A stretch of DNA of 64,000 nt from an uncultured Gammaproteobacteria bacterium (lineage in GTDB: Bacteria; Patescibacteriota; Patescibacteriia; Magasanikbacterales; GWA2-37-8): contig CAZHYG010000002.1 of assembly GCA_964536615.1 (NCBI GenBank), positions 45,000 through 108,999 of the forward strand, in the 5' to 3' direction. Within the stretch, counting starts at the first letter, position 1. Each line of letters starts with the position of its first letter. Of the stretch, positions 20,246 to 30,165 are shown piece by piece. A program made the position numbers and the translations under genes. Under the pieces are notes generated by a model. It was given only the letters and a program-made list of their open reading frames with translations. It was not told the origin of the DNA and made no database searches.

Positions 20246-20890
20246 CTAACCTTTGGCAAGCACCAACCCGTGCACTTCTCGCACACCAGCATCGCGCAGC
20301 ACAAGCGCGCACTCTCCCATGGTTGACCCAGTCGTAAAAATATCATCAATCAAAATCACTTTTTCCGGCACTTTTCTTTTACTCTCAAAGCTAAAAGCTC
20401 CTTTGGTATTTTGCATCCGCTCTAATCCGGATAATTTTGCTTGCTGTTTGGTGTATATATTACGACGCAGCATATGCGCCATCGGCACATCATAGATTCG
20501 TGAACATATATTCGCGATCGCCTCCGCTTGATTAAATCCGCGCTCACGATATCGGCGGGGATGCAGTGGCACTGGTACGAGCGCATATCCTGCCAAATCA
20601 AAAGAAAATATTTTTTTACGCATAAGGCTCTCTAAATCAGACAGCACATCCATTGCAAATTGATATTTTAACAAACGCGCCAATTCTGATATCGGATTAT
20701 CTCCATATTCGGATAAAAAAATCAGGCTATCTAAGCCTGCTCCTGGCGCAACTAAAAAACTACGGATTTGCGACTGATCTGATTCAGCCTGCAAACACTG
20801 AAGGCATAACCACTCTCCTTCTTGTTTGCATACCACACACAACTTTGGAAATAAAATATCAACCAAAAAAGAAACCCTCCTGTGAACCAT
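20246..20890 (-). CDS. comF: ComF family competence protein (Zn ribbon + PRTase)
   Basis: CVVC..CLQC, VPVPLH.RR..ERGFNQ, LIDDIFTTGST. Confidence 0.9.
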   Translation of the reverse strand: MVHRRVSFLVDILFPKLCVVCKQEGEWLCLQCLQAESDQSQIRSFLVAPGAGLDSLIFLSEYGDNPISELARLLKYQFAMDVLSDLESLMRKKIFSFDLAGYALVPVPLHPRRYRERGFNQAEAIANICSRIYDVPMAHMLRRNIYTKQQAKLSGLERMQNTKGAFSFESKRKVPEKVILIDDIFTTGSTMGECALVLRDAGVREVHGLVLAKG

Positions 20891-20893
20891 ATG

Positions 20894-21478
20894 CTAATTC
20901 CAAGTTAACGTGTTAGCCAGCCAAACACTTTCTATTTTTTTCATGCCAACCGTAACGTCTTGATACATATTTTTAATAGATCCATTTTTATTTTCCGTAC
21001 GCACAGTTTTTAAAACAACCGTAGCGGCATCACCCGACCAATCTGAAATTTGCGTACTGGCAACTTTGGTAGTAACGCCAAAAAAAGCAGTGTTGGTATT
21101 TTTAGTTTTCATAGCCGCGCTTATTTTTGTCCATAAGGCTGGCGTTACCAGTGTTTTTACTTCCAAAATATTTTGAAATTCATTATCTGTGGAATATGTG
21201 CCGTAGCGTTCAACCACAATCTTAGCAATCTGTTCTACGCTATTTTTTTCCAACTCCTCTGCGGTAAGGGGTTTAACTGGAGTGCCTGCGGGTATAACCG
21301 TAGCACCAGGCTGAGTTATTTGTCCGGATGAATTGTTATTAGATGTGGTGGAAGTAGGCTGTGCATTTGAAGATAGATCATTTTTCTGTTTGCCGCGCAC
21401 AAACAAAAATATGCTGACTGCTAAAATAAACAGAATAATAATGCTGAGAATAATGAAAATGCGAGCGCGCAGGGACAT
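20894..21478 (-). CDS. Bitopic membrane protein of the T4SS locus (possibly VirB8/TcpC-like NTF2 fold)
   Basis: N-terminal TM, low-complexity linker, ERYGTYS...alpha/beta domain ending ...W.A...W; lies right after virB4. Confidence 0.55.
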   Translation of the reverse strand: MSLRARIFIILSIIILFILAVSIFLFVRGKQKNDLSSNAQPTSTTSNNNSSGQITQPGATVIPAGTPVKPLTAEELEKNSVEQIAKIVVERYGTYSTDNEFQNILEVKTLVTPALWTKISAAMKTKNTNTAFFGVTTKVASTQISDWSGDAATVVLKTVRTENKNGSIKNMYQDVTVGMKKIESVWLANTLTWN

Positions 21479-21500
21479 ACAATAAAATTAAAATTGATAA

Positions 21501-23375
21501 TTATTTGGTTTGTTGTTCAAACTCTCGCTTAGAACGTTCTATTTCTAAAAGCTGCTCAGGATTGGTGGTTACGAGCTGATCTTCAGTATATGAAGCCACA
21601 ACTTTAATAGCTGCATGCTTGTTGCCGGCAAAAAATATCCCCTCCCCAACTCCGCTTTCCAATAATAAATACTTTTCTCCTTCAGTAAGAATAAAGACTT
21701 TCTGGACTAAATCAATTGCAGCCGGAGATTGGCGCAACAATAGCTGCAAAGCCGAGTTGGTTACGATAGCTTGGCCATACTGTGATTTAAGAAAATCATT
21801 AACATCCTGAGTAATGGTGGTAACGCCTAAATAATACTTGCGCGCGCGTTTAACTAACGCAAAAATAAATCGGGCGCTATCTTCATGCTGCATGAGCCAC
21901 CACGCCTCATCGATAACCAGCAGTCTTTTTTTGCGTTCGGAACGAACCACATTCCAAATATAATTAATAATGGCATATATAGACATTGGCCGTAGCTCAT
22001 CTTCCAAATCACGAACACTAAATACCACCAACTGATTTTTCATATCCACATTGGTTGGCGCATTGAACAACCCGCTAAATGTACCTTCGGTGTATTTCTT
22101 GAGGCGTAACACCAAATCTCCAGACCCTTCCATGCCTTCTAAAATTTCTTGCAAATCCTGAATAATTGGCGGCTGCACTATCTGCAAATCAGCTTCGGGA
22201 GTAATATCTTTCTTGGCATAAGTTTCAATTAGGGCTCGATCAATAATTGAGTCCTGCTCGGTAGTTAAATTTCCAAGCATGATTCGCAATAGTCCTTTTA
22301 CGGTAATAACCGCACCGCGAATTATGTCCTCAGTTGAAAAATCTTCACCACCAGTTGGTCGAGGCAAATCAAACGGGTTAACCTTGCTTTCTGAAGACAA
22401 AGAAATATTTATATATGTGCCGCCTACCGCATCTGCCAAATGCTTATATTCCATTTCAGGATCTATCACTATCACGTCAACACCCATCATCATGCTTCGC
22501 AAAATCTCCAACTTAATGGCATAACTTTTACCGGCACCAGAGGTAGCAAAAACAGCCATATTGGCGTTTTGCAAAGAGAATCTATCAAACAGAATAAGAC
22601 TGTTGTTATGGCGATTAACTCCGTATAAAATACCATCGTCTGAGGTAAGTTCCGCGGATGTAAATGGGAATGAGGCGGCAATTGGCGAAGAATTAAGGTT
22701 AAATGAAACCATAAGCTCATCATTGGCTAATGGCAATGTAGAGTTGAAACCCTGTTCGGCTTGGTATAGTACTTTACGGCTATTTATTAACTTGGAACCA
22801 AAAATATTTTCCACATCTTCGGAAACCTGATCAAGCTCTTCTTTGGTTTTCGCGTACAAAGTTACATAAAAAGCGAATTGGAAAAAATGCTCAACACCTT
22901 GGGTTAAATCATCTCGCAACTGTTCAATATCGCGCAAAGCGGTTTCTCGCACCGGATCGCGCGGGGCGCCTTTTTCTGAATCTGCCGTAAGCTGCGCTTC
23001 AAGCGCGCCGACTTTATTGCGCAGTTGTTTTAAAATAATAGCTGACTTGACTGGGTAAAAAAACATTCCCACATCCATGGTAATAGACAAATTAAGCACC
23101 GGCGAGCTCCAGCCAATAGAAATATATCGCGGATATGTAACAACAAAAAGAGTACGGCACACAATATTGCCGAGCTGCACATAACTTGGCTCAACATTAA
23201 ACGCAGAAGGTGCCAGCAAGTCTTTTATAGAAACCGTACCCTCTCTGTAGGCGCGCTCCTCTTCTAACGTTACTAGCTCTTCATTTGATTTTTTTTCAAT
23301 ATCTTCTGCCTTATTCTTAAACAAGCCCTTGCGTGCAGGAGCGGCGGTGTTGGAAAATTGTGGTTTAAAAGCCAT
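21501..23375 (-). CDS. virB4: VirB4-like T4SS ATPase
   Basis: Walker A ATSGAGKS, VIDPE.EY, NPFD, Walker B LVIDEAW, KRARKY, TQDV.DF. Confidence 0.9.
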   Translation of the reverse strand: MAFKPQFSNTAAPARKGLFKNKAEDIEKKSNEELVTLEEERAYREGTVSIKDLLAPSAFNVEPSYVQLGNIVCRTLFVVTYPRYISIGWSSPVLNLSITMDVGMFFYPVKSAIILKQLRNKVGALEAQLTADSEKGAPRDPVRETALRDIEQLRDDLTQGVEHFFQFAFYVTLYAKTKEELDQVSEDVENIFGSKLINSRKVLYQAEQGFNSTLPLANDELMVSFNLNSSPIAASFPFTSAELTSDDGILYGVNRHNNSLILFDRFSLQNANMAVFATSGAGKSYAIKLEILRSMMMGVDVIVIDPEMEYKHLADAVGGTYINISLSSESKVNPFDLPRPTGGEDFSTEDIIRGAVITVKGLLRIMLGNLTTEQDSIIDRALIETYAKKDITPEADLQIVQPPIIQDLQEILEGMEGSGDLVLRLKKYTEGTFSGLFNAPTNVDMKNQLVVFSVRDLEDELRPMSIYAIINYIWNVVRSERKKRLLVIDEAWWLMQHEDSARFIFALVKRARKYYLGVTTITQDVNDFLKSQYGQAIVTNSALQLLLRQSPAAIDLVQKVFILTEGEKYLLLESGVGEGIFFAGNKHAAIKVVASYTEDQLVTTNPEQLLEIERSKREFEQQTK

Positions 23376-23400
23376 ATATTAAATTACCCAATTATCATAA

Positions 23401-24081
23401 TTATTCTGTGCGCAATTCATTAACCGGAGGCAGATGTTCGCTAAACGCGATATCGGGGTTATAGGTGGAATAAAACAACTCAATAAGCGATTGTGTATCC
23501 AGCCGCACCACCTCTAAATTCATACTGGTAAGGCCGGATTCAATCTGGCGCACCCGCATATCCAAATCATGTTTGCGCAATTGAAATCTTTCGTCCTTTA
23601 ATTTAATGGTTACCGCCGGATTAACCACTTCTTTTATGCGAGACCAAAATCCTTTTTTATTATTTGAAAGTGGGTCGTATGGCACAATCACAAAAAACTG
23701 CTTGCTCATAATATTGCCAAGACTCACCAATTCGGAGACAAACGAACGATAATCGGCAATTTGCACACGCAATAATTCGTTGGTTTGTTCACGCTCTTGT
23801 TTGAGCAGTTTTTCTAAATATGGCTTAATATATAGTTGTCGGGATTGCACCACAATTTGCAAAGGAAAATCAATACCGTTTAAAAATGAAACGTACGATG
23901 AAACAATCGCGTTTTGCTCATCTTCATTTTTAAGCGCAAAATTGATACTGGAAACCAAAAGAATGGCGCGCAGCGTTCCGTCTTTCATCACCACCGTATC
24001 AAATTTTATTTCCGCAAATGGCAAATGATTTTGCGCGCTTTCAATTTTTATATTGCCTTTTTTTACCCGTTCTTCTGGCAT
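23401..24081 (-). CDS. T4SS-associated protein (TraC/VirB4 N-terminal-like)
   Basis: V...NF.LK...EQ.AI...Y..FLN...FP.QI; lies between prgI and virB4. Confidence 0.7.
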   Translation of the reverse strand: MPEERVKKGNIKIESAQNHLPFAEIKFDTVVMKDGTLRAILLVSSINFALKNEDEQNAIVSSYVSFLNGIDFPLQIVVQSRQLYIKPYLEKLLKQEREQTNELLRVQIADYRSFVSELVSLGNIMSKQFFVIVPYDPLSNNKKGFWSRIKEVVNPAVTIKLKDERFQLRKHDLDMRVRQIESGLTSMNLEVVRLDTQSLIELFYSTYNPDIAFSEHLPPVNELRTE

Positions 24082-24087
24082 ATATTT

Positions 24088-24522
24088 TTATGGTTTTTGT
24101 TCCCCGCTATAATATCCGCCCGTATTAACAATCAAGGATAAATCGCGAATACGGCTGTATGACATTTTTGGCATTTCTTTAACAGGTTCTGTAGATACAA
24201 CCGATACCGATTTGATAGCGTCTAAGAGCTCTTGTTTTTCATGCATTTTATGCCAAATTCTTCGGCTCGGACGACGTAAAGTTTGCACAATATTTAATAA
24301 AAAATAATGGAATGACTGTCCATTAATTTTTACAAATGCCAAAACTAAAGCCAAGCCACCGATAAGCACTGCTAAAAAAATAAACAATGCCGTATCTGCC
24401 CATTTAAAAGCAGCAGTCAATATTAATCCAGTCACAAGTAAAATAACAAACTGCCGCGTTGTAATAGGGCCGAAAATTTTGTCTTCAACTTCTATAAATT
24501 GTGGAACTACAAATTGATCCAT
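24088..24522 (-). CDS. PrgI family protein (VirB3-like)
   Basis: VPQFI.VEDKIFGP.T.RQF, two TM helices, G.S. Confidence 0.85.
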   Translation of the reverse strand: MDQFVVPQFIEVEDKIFGPITTRQFVILLVTGLILTAAFKWADTALFIFLAVLIGGLALVLAFVKINGQSFHYFLLNIVQTLRRPSRRIWHKMHEKQELLDAIKSVSVVSTEPVKEMPKMSYSRIRDLSLIVNTGGYYSGEQKP

Positions 24523-24527
24523 AAATT

Positions 24528-25631
24528 TTATAAGGCTGATTCAATTTCAATTATCGCCATCACCTCACTTAATTTTATACTATTTTGCGCCGCAAGTACA
24601 TTGGCAATAGTTTTTCTCTCGGCTAGCGATGCGGCCACAGCATTCATATATGCGATATAGAGCGGACAACTATGAAACGCGGCCACACCATCCATATACC
24701 AAACATACGATTCTTCTTTCAAATTAAGGATTTTTTGCAAAACGCGTTTTGCTGCTTCTTCAGGCTTGCTGGAAAGCCGGCGAAAATCTTCTACGGTCAT
24801 TGATCTGATTTCTTCAATCGGCCCCATTTCCATCTCTGAAACTGTTATATCTTGCATAACTGGACGCGCAGACGGCTGAGTACTAATTTTAAAGACAGGT
24901 TCGTTAGCAAGGCTTTCGTTAATAATTTTTGACACAATTTTTTCTTTTTCATTAACGGGAGGACGAGCTGGAGTTGAGTTTTTTGTTCGCACACCTCCAG
25001 AAACTGGCAATACCATTGGCAATTCTGGCGGCTCCACCATTGGCAGCATATGCAAAGCAGATCCCTTGAGTACAGGCACACTCGTATTTTCAGATACAAC
25101 ATTTACAGAAACCTGTCGACAGATATCTAACATTTTTTGGACCTGTAAATCGGATAAACCCAATCCACCATTTTTTACCGGCTTACACAATATATCTTTT
25201 ACTTCATCGTCCGTTTTAATATCTTTAAGACGTGCCAAGACTAAACTTTTTAATCGCCCCTGCAGTTCTGAACCTACTGAAAACCCAAGCTTACGCACGA
25301 CTTCTTCAACCTGCTTTTCTCTTTTTTGGCTGGTGAGCCCACCAGCAGCTGATGCCGGTTTTTTTTCTTCAAGCAGCGAACGAGCATCATCACGCGTCAT
25401 AGCTACCGGCTTAGCCGGTTCTTTTTTTTCTTTTATCTCAACTGTTGTTTTGGAAACAATATTGCGCGCCGGCGAATTACCCGCAGCAGGTGCGTTTTGC
25501 GTCGATGCACGAGCTGGGGCAGGCGCAACCGCAACTGGTTTTTTGGCAGCTTGGGCTTTTTTAATATCGCTTAGCGGCACTTTAGCAAAAGTGCCGTCGG
25601 GGCGTTTTATAGTAATAAGCGGCTCGGTCAT
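24528..25631 (-). CDS. Hypothetical cytoplasmic protein of the T4SS locus
   Basis: Long ORF in operon context, Pro/Ala linkers, RLKDIK...GGLGL and GPIEEI motifs. Confidence 0.7.
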   Translation of the reverse strand: MTEPLITIKRPDGTFAKVPLSDIKKAQAAKKPVAVAPAPARASTQNAPAAGNSPARNIVSKTTVEIKEKKEPAKPVAMTRDDARSLLEEKKPASAAGGLTSQKREKQVEEVVRKLGFSVGSELQGRLKSLVLARLKDIKTDDEVKDILCKPVKNGGLGLSDLQVQKMLDICRQVSVNVVSENTSVPVLKGSALHMLPMVEPPELPMVLPVSGGVRTKNSTPARPPVNEKEKIVSKIINESLANEPVFKISTQPSARPVMQDITVSEMEMGPIEEIRSMTVEDFRRLSSKPEEAAKRVLQKILNLKEESYVWYMDGVAAFHSCPLYIAYMNAVAASLAERKTIANVLAAQNSIKLSEVMAIIEIESAL

Positions 25632-25634
25632 ATG

Positions 25635-26558
25635 TTATATATTCCATTTAAATTGAGCGTCCTGTTCGTCAAAATAGAGTAGGTTTGCAATTTCTGGATT
25701 ATTATATTGTCCTGACAATTCTTGTAGTTTGTTTAAAACAGCTTCTATATCCTGAAATTCTCCAGCCTCGTTCTTTGGAAATTCAGATTCTATCTGGGAT
25801 TTGATTTCTGAAAGCACAGGAACTTGCATACGCACATTTTCCACATCTAACTCTGCTTCTTCATCATTAGTCACGAATAAGGATGCCGGCTCGTCGTAAA
25901 CTTGCGGGTTTAAAAAAACCTCTAGAACCTCTTGCAATTTTTCCACCGTATCTATATCTTCAAAAAAATTAACCAATTCTAGCAATCTATCCACTCCATC
26001 CGCTTTATTGCCTACCCCAAAATATTGTTCTGCCTCTAGTGGAAACAGTATTTGATTTAACTTACTGATAAATTCAGCCATTCGCATGGAATTATCTGTA
26101 CGTTTAAGATCTGCGTATTCCAAAACCAAATCTTTTAACTGCACGTTTTTACCTTGGTACTCCCCTAAAAATTCTTGGGAATTCAAAAAATTATTTCGAA
26201 CTTTAAAATACAGAGATGCTAGACGAGCTTTATCAGCCTTATTAGCGCTAAAAAACCAAAGCATTTCTTTAAAAATATCTATATCTAAAATGATAGCCAT
26301 TGGCGCCTGGCGCGCCATGATTTGTGCAAATACGTCCGCATCAGTAATGGTATCAATAACTTTCCAACTAAGGAGCACATATACCCGAAAATATGTCCAT
26401 CGCCAAACTTTATCTTTTTCATACATGTCCTTGGCAAAAAAACTATCCAGATCTTTCCATGTTTCATAGATACTATCAAAATTGGTATTATTATCAAAAA
26501 TACCTTGTTCAATTTGAACAAACTCTTCAAGCGTTTTTTTCTCAATTACAAGCTTCAT
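25635..26558 (-). CDS. Hypothetical acidic protein of the T4SS locus
   Basis: 307-aa ORF with tight spacing to both neighbours. Confidence 0.7.
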   Translation of the reverse strand: MKLVIEKKTLEEFVQIEQGIFDNNTNFDSIYETWKDLDSFFAKDMYEKDKVWRWTYFRVYVLLSWKVIDTITDADVFAQIMARQAPMAIILDIDIFKEMLWFFSANKADKARLASLYFKVRNNFLNSQEFLGEYQGKNVQLKDLVLEYADLKRTDNSMRMAEFISKLNQILFPLEAEQYFGVGNKADGVDRLLELVNFFEDIDTVEKLQEVLEVFLNPQVYDEPASLFVTNDEEAELDVENVRMQVPVLSEIKSQIESEFPKNEAGEFQDIEAVLNKLQELSGQYNNPEIANLLYFDEQDAQFKWNI

Positions 26559-26568
26559 ACTGCCTAAT

Positions 26569-29500
26569 TTATTTTTTACGCTTATTCAATTCTTTTAGGG
26601 CTTCTTCAACTTCTTTTATATTATTACCATTTTTCATTCTACCTGTTTCTAGAGCAAACTTAAGCAGGGCCTCTACCCCTCTTTTATCCGGTACTTGTTT
26701 TTCTAAACGACCAAGTAAATCTTGCAAATCCGGAACGCTGCTGTTGTCAAAAATCGCACCAATATCACCCTTAGTGAACTCTTCTACATTTCCTAAATTG
26801 TTCCCAGTTAAACCGACTGCCAATTTTACAAATATATCTTTTGAATCCTCAGATTTGACTACCAACTTTCCATCAACTCCTCGATCCATACTACCTGCAA
26901 AACCAATTACATTTGTAAGTTTAGATCCAGATAAACCATTTTTTCTTCTACCCGCAACATACTCTCTGTCGCCCTTATTTTCTGCATCCACCAAAACTGT
27001 CTTCAGTGTTGCACTATCTATCTTATACAACCCAGCTCTACCCAACGAACCCTGACCAGCAGCTTTTTCATTTTTTAATCTTTTTTGTTCTAACATGGCA
27101 TTCGCCTTATCTCCATATATTTCATTCAATCTTTCTAAAGCTTTTTCTAAACTTGCATGACTGCTTGCATCAACTTTTTCATTTATGAGCTCTGCTAAAT
27201 CTTGAGCTTGTAAATTTCGAATAGCTTGAGGAGTTAGCTCCATTGACTGAGCATTTGACATTCCTACAGCTTCCAAAATTTTGCCTTTAATACCGTCTGC
27301 TACTGCCGCATGAGTACCTAAATTACTTATCTGCATTTCAGACAAACTTCTTTCTAAAATTCTTAAAACTGTTTCTGCGGCTTTTTTAGATTTTTCATCT
27401 TTTGCGCCTGCTATTATTTTTTTCTGGGCTTCGATTCTGGCGAGCTGAGCAGTAGTTTTGGCATCACTCTGAACATAATCGCCGGCCGCATTATGTCTCT
27501 TTATCCTCTCTTCAACTTGATTGTTTATGGTATTTTGCTCGTTATTCGCCTCACTGCTTCTATTTTCATCTCTCAAGACTTTATCGCGTGCTCGAGCGAT
27601 TTGTAAATCTTGCAACTCCTTTACATCAAAATTAAGCTGTTCAGCCATAGCCTTGCTTTTAGCAGGCTCAGTCACTTCTAAACCTTGTTTTAGCAGCTCT
27701 TTTATGGATTCCAATTCTTCAATCTGCTTTTTAGCAGCCAACTCGTCTTCAATTCGTTTTGTTTCTGCTCGCACTTCCGCAGATTTACCTTGTAATTCTT
27801 TCCCTTCATTTCCATGGAGATATTTTTCTAATTTTTCTACTTCTTGTTTTTTATGCTCCTCTCCAACATATTCTTTTTTTACTTTTGCTTCTGCTTTTGA
27901 TTTCATTGATTTATTGAACCGATCAAACCCTTGTCTGGCCTTAAATATATCCATATCATCTAAGCCAAGTTCCCTAAGCTCTTTGTCAACTTCTTCTTCA
28001 GACTTGCCACGCTCTTCACCACGTTCTAAGGTGTGCATTATTTTTTCACGCAATAATTCCATGTTCGCTTCTTTTCCTGCCTTGATATCTGCACCTGTAT
28101 GTTCCAAAAAATGCAACCATTCTTTGGCTTTCTGTTTTTTCATACCAATAGGCAAACTACTTGTACTAGCCAAATGGTCTAACTGCTCATGTTTTGCTTC
28201 AGCGGTAGCTTCCAGATCTTCAGAATAAGCTTTATGGAAAGCACCATATCCAATACCCCATTCCAACCTTGCTCTGGCAAATGTTCTTTTAGCCCAATCT
28301 CCCAAACCTTTCTGATCCACAGTGTCATACTTAATATTACCATGCTCATCTTTTATAATATTACCCTGCTCATCTCTCAAGGCAACTTTTTTCACATATT
28401 TACCCTTTTCATTAACAGCGAAAGTTTTTGAAATTTCCCCAGCCTTAACCGTGCTTTTTGCAAGCCGATCATAATACCAACCTGCTGCCCTACTCTTAAT
28501 ATTATGGCCTCGTCGCTGCCAAGCTTCCCCACCAATCAACGGCATTTTCATTACCGCAAATTTCCCGGCCGCCTTTGCCCCCTCGCCAACTTTACCACCA
28601 GCCCATTTTGCAGCCTGGAAGCCAGATGCGTACATGGCGGCTTTTTTGCCCAACTCACTGGCACTGCCCATCATATGTGCTCCGGCAACGCCAAGCTCTT
28701 CAGCCATTTTTGCCCCAGCCATTAAAATTGCAATGGCGATAATAAAATTTCCCATGTTTTCCCAACTCATTACTTCTGTAATACCTGTTTGTTCTTCGGC
28801 GGGTGCAGCTGATTCTTGCAACAACTGCCCTTGTTTAAGCGAATTATGCTTCACAATATCATCGTGAATATTTCCAGAACCAACTGTAACAAAAGAAAGC
28901 CAGAGAAAAAACGCGATTACCGGACCGGAAACAACGTTACTATTAAATTTTCCCCACCATTCACCGGCAAAATGTTCGGTTTGATGTAATACATTTAAAA
29001 CAAACGCAAATGGAGAAACCACGATAAGCACCCACAACATGGCCATGCGCGCCACAATCATAAACAAAAACGCCAGCATGGTGATAAGCATTGTTACCGA
29101 AAACATGATGGCCGCTACAGAAGCTAGAAAAATTGAAGCAGTGTCTCCGGTAAAATTGTCTCCATTGCCAAGTTTAAATATTTTATCTACCTGAAACATG
29201 TTGACCAAGTTGCCGCTGGCGGTGGCGGCGATACCGTTGAGAAATGTAACCATAACAATCTGCGCCACATCTATGATAAGACCGCAAATTAAACGGCTAA
29301 AATTAACGAGCACAGCTGCTGTAACCAGCTTAACCAGCATATGTTTCCATTCGTAGTGATCCAGACCAAGAATGGTACCGAATGCTATCATTAAAAGCAC
29401 AACCACAAAAAACATATTGGTGAGATCGCGAATCATAACCCAGCCAACCGTAACTGCCGGAGAATCTATGAACCCATTGTAACCAGCGACTTCAATGATA

Positions 29501-29757
29501 AATTTGAGAACAAAAAACGTAAGCTTGATACAAAAACCTGCCAACAAAAATAGCAGACCAGCAAATGCCTTGCCGATAGTTTCGCCAACACCACTTAACC
29601 AACCAGCTTGCGCAAACGGAGCAAAAACAAACCAACTAGTGATGATTGCGCTGGTAATTATAATAAAACTAACTAAGCCTAATTTTTTATGAGAACGAAA
29701 AAAAGACCAGAGCTGTCTGAAAATTAAACGCGCCTGTAGTGCAAATTGAGCAAACAT
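26569..29757 (-). CDS. VirB6/TrbL-like polytopic protein with long charged C-terminal extension
   Basis: GW..IRDL.NMFF, LVNFSR.I.G..ID, R...LW.L...SP.AF, multiple TM helices, then about 650 aa of Lys/Glu-rich helix. Confidence 0.7.
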   Translation of the reverse strand: MFAQFALQARLIFRQLWSFFRSHKKLGLVSFIIITSAIITSWFVFAPFAQAGWLSGVGETIGKAFAGLLFLLAGFCIKLTFFVLKFIIEVAGYNGFIDSPAVTVGWVMIRDLTNMFFVVVLLMIAFGTILGLDHYEWKHMLVKLVTAAVLVNFSRLICGLIIDVAQIVMVTFLNGIAATASGNLVNMFQVDKIFKLGNGDNFTGDTASIFLASVAAIMFSVTMLITMLAFLFMIVARMAMLWVLIVVSPFAFVLNVLHQTEHFAGEWWGKFNSNVVSGPVIAFFLWLSFVTVGSGNIHDDIVKHNSLKQGQLLQESAAPAEEQTGITEVMSWENMGNFIIAIAILMAGAKMAEELGVAGAHMMGSASELGKKAAMYASGFQAAKWAGGKVGEGAKAAGKFAVMKMPLIGGEAWQRRGHNIKSRAAGWYYDRLAKSTVKAGEISKTFAVNEKGKYVKKVALRDEQGNIIKDEHGNIKYDTVDQKGLGDWAKRTFARARLEWGIGYGAFHKAYSEDLEATAEAKHEQLDHLASTSSLPIGMKKQKAKEWLHFLEHTGADIKAGKEANMELLREKIMHTLERGEERGKSEEEVDKELRELGLDDMDIFKARQGFDRFNKSMKSKAEAKVKKEYVGEEHKKQEVEKLEKYLHGNEGKELQGKSAEVRAETKRIEDELAAKKQIEELESIKELLKQGLEVTEPAKSKAMAEQLNFDVKELQDLQIARARDKVLRDENRSSEANNEQNTINNQVEERIKRHNAAGDYVQSDAKTTAQLARIEAQKKIIAGAKDEKSKKAAETVLRILERSLSEMQISNLGTHAAVADGIKGKILEAVGMSNAQSMELTPQAIRNLQAQDLAELINEKVDASSHASLEKALERLNEIYGDKANAMLEQKRLKNEKAAGQGSLGRAGLYKIDSATLKTVLVDAENKGDREYVAGRRKNGLSGSKLTNVIGFAGSMDRGVDGKLVVKSEDSKDIFVKLAVGLTGNNLGNVEEFTKGDIGAIFDNSSVPDLQDLLGRLEKQVPDKRGVEALLKFALETGRMKNGNNIKEVEEALKELNKRKK

Positions 29758-29950
29758 TTTTTAGCGATTATGTTGTATGCATTATACCATATTTTTAACA
29801 CGTCAACAACGCAAAAACATTAGTAAAAAATATGTGGATAAAAATATTATCGCGGGCTTGCATATTGCATTTTGGCATGGCCTATGTATAATACATATAT
29901 ACCTTTTTAGCGGCATATACGCGTATGCACTGTTTATGATGTGCTATAGA

Positions 29951-29979
29951 TTGACAAAATTGTTAAAAAGGTGTATACT
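29951..29979 (+). promoter_or_regulatory. Near-consensus sigma70 promoter of GC-rich unit 1
   Basis: TTGACA-N17-TATACT. Confidence 0.75.
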
Positions 29980-30074
29980 TGTTAGTTATCCATAATGGAT
30001 AATCGTTCTTTACAAAGTGCTGAAACGAGCAAAACTGCTAGTTTTAGCCAAATAATGAGTTACTACTGAAGACG

Positions 30075-30133
30075 CCTCTGGGCGAATATTTGCTTCTCTT
30101 CTAGACAAAGAGAGGTAGTTATTCGCCTAGAGG
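30075..30133 (+). other. 26-bp leader hairpin upstream of the GC-rich lipoprotein gene
   Basis: 21 Watson-Crick pairs, 4 G-U and 1 U-U on the + strand, with a 7-nt loop. Confidence 0.7.
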
Positions 30134-30165
30134 ATTCAACTTCCCCCTCTGGGTAGGAGACCGCC

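Noticed and set aside
20894-29757. Integrative conjugative element
   Set aside because: No relaxase, integrase or att repeats seen; composition and context look native.
30075-30133. Integron attC site (59-nt imperfect palindrome)
   Set aside because: No RYYYAAC/GTTRRRY ends or extrahelical-base pattern, it lies upstream of the gene, and no integrase is nearby.
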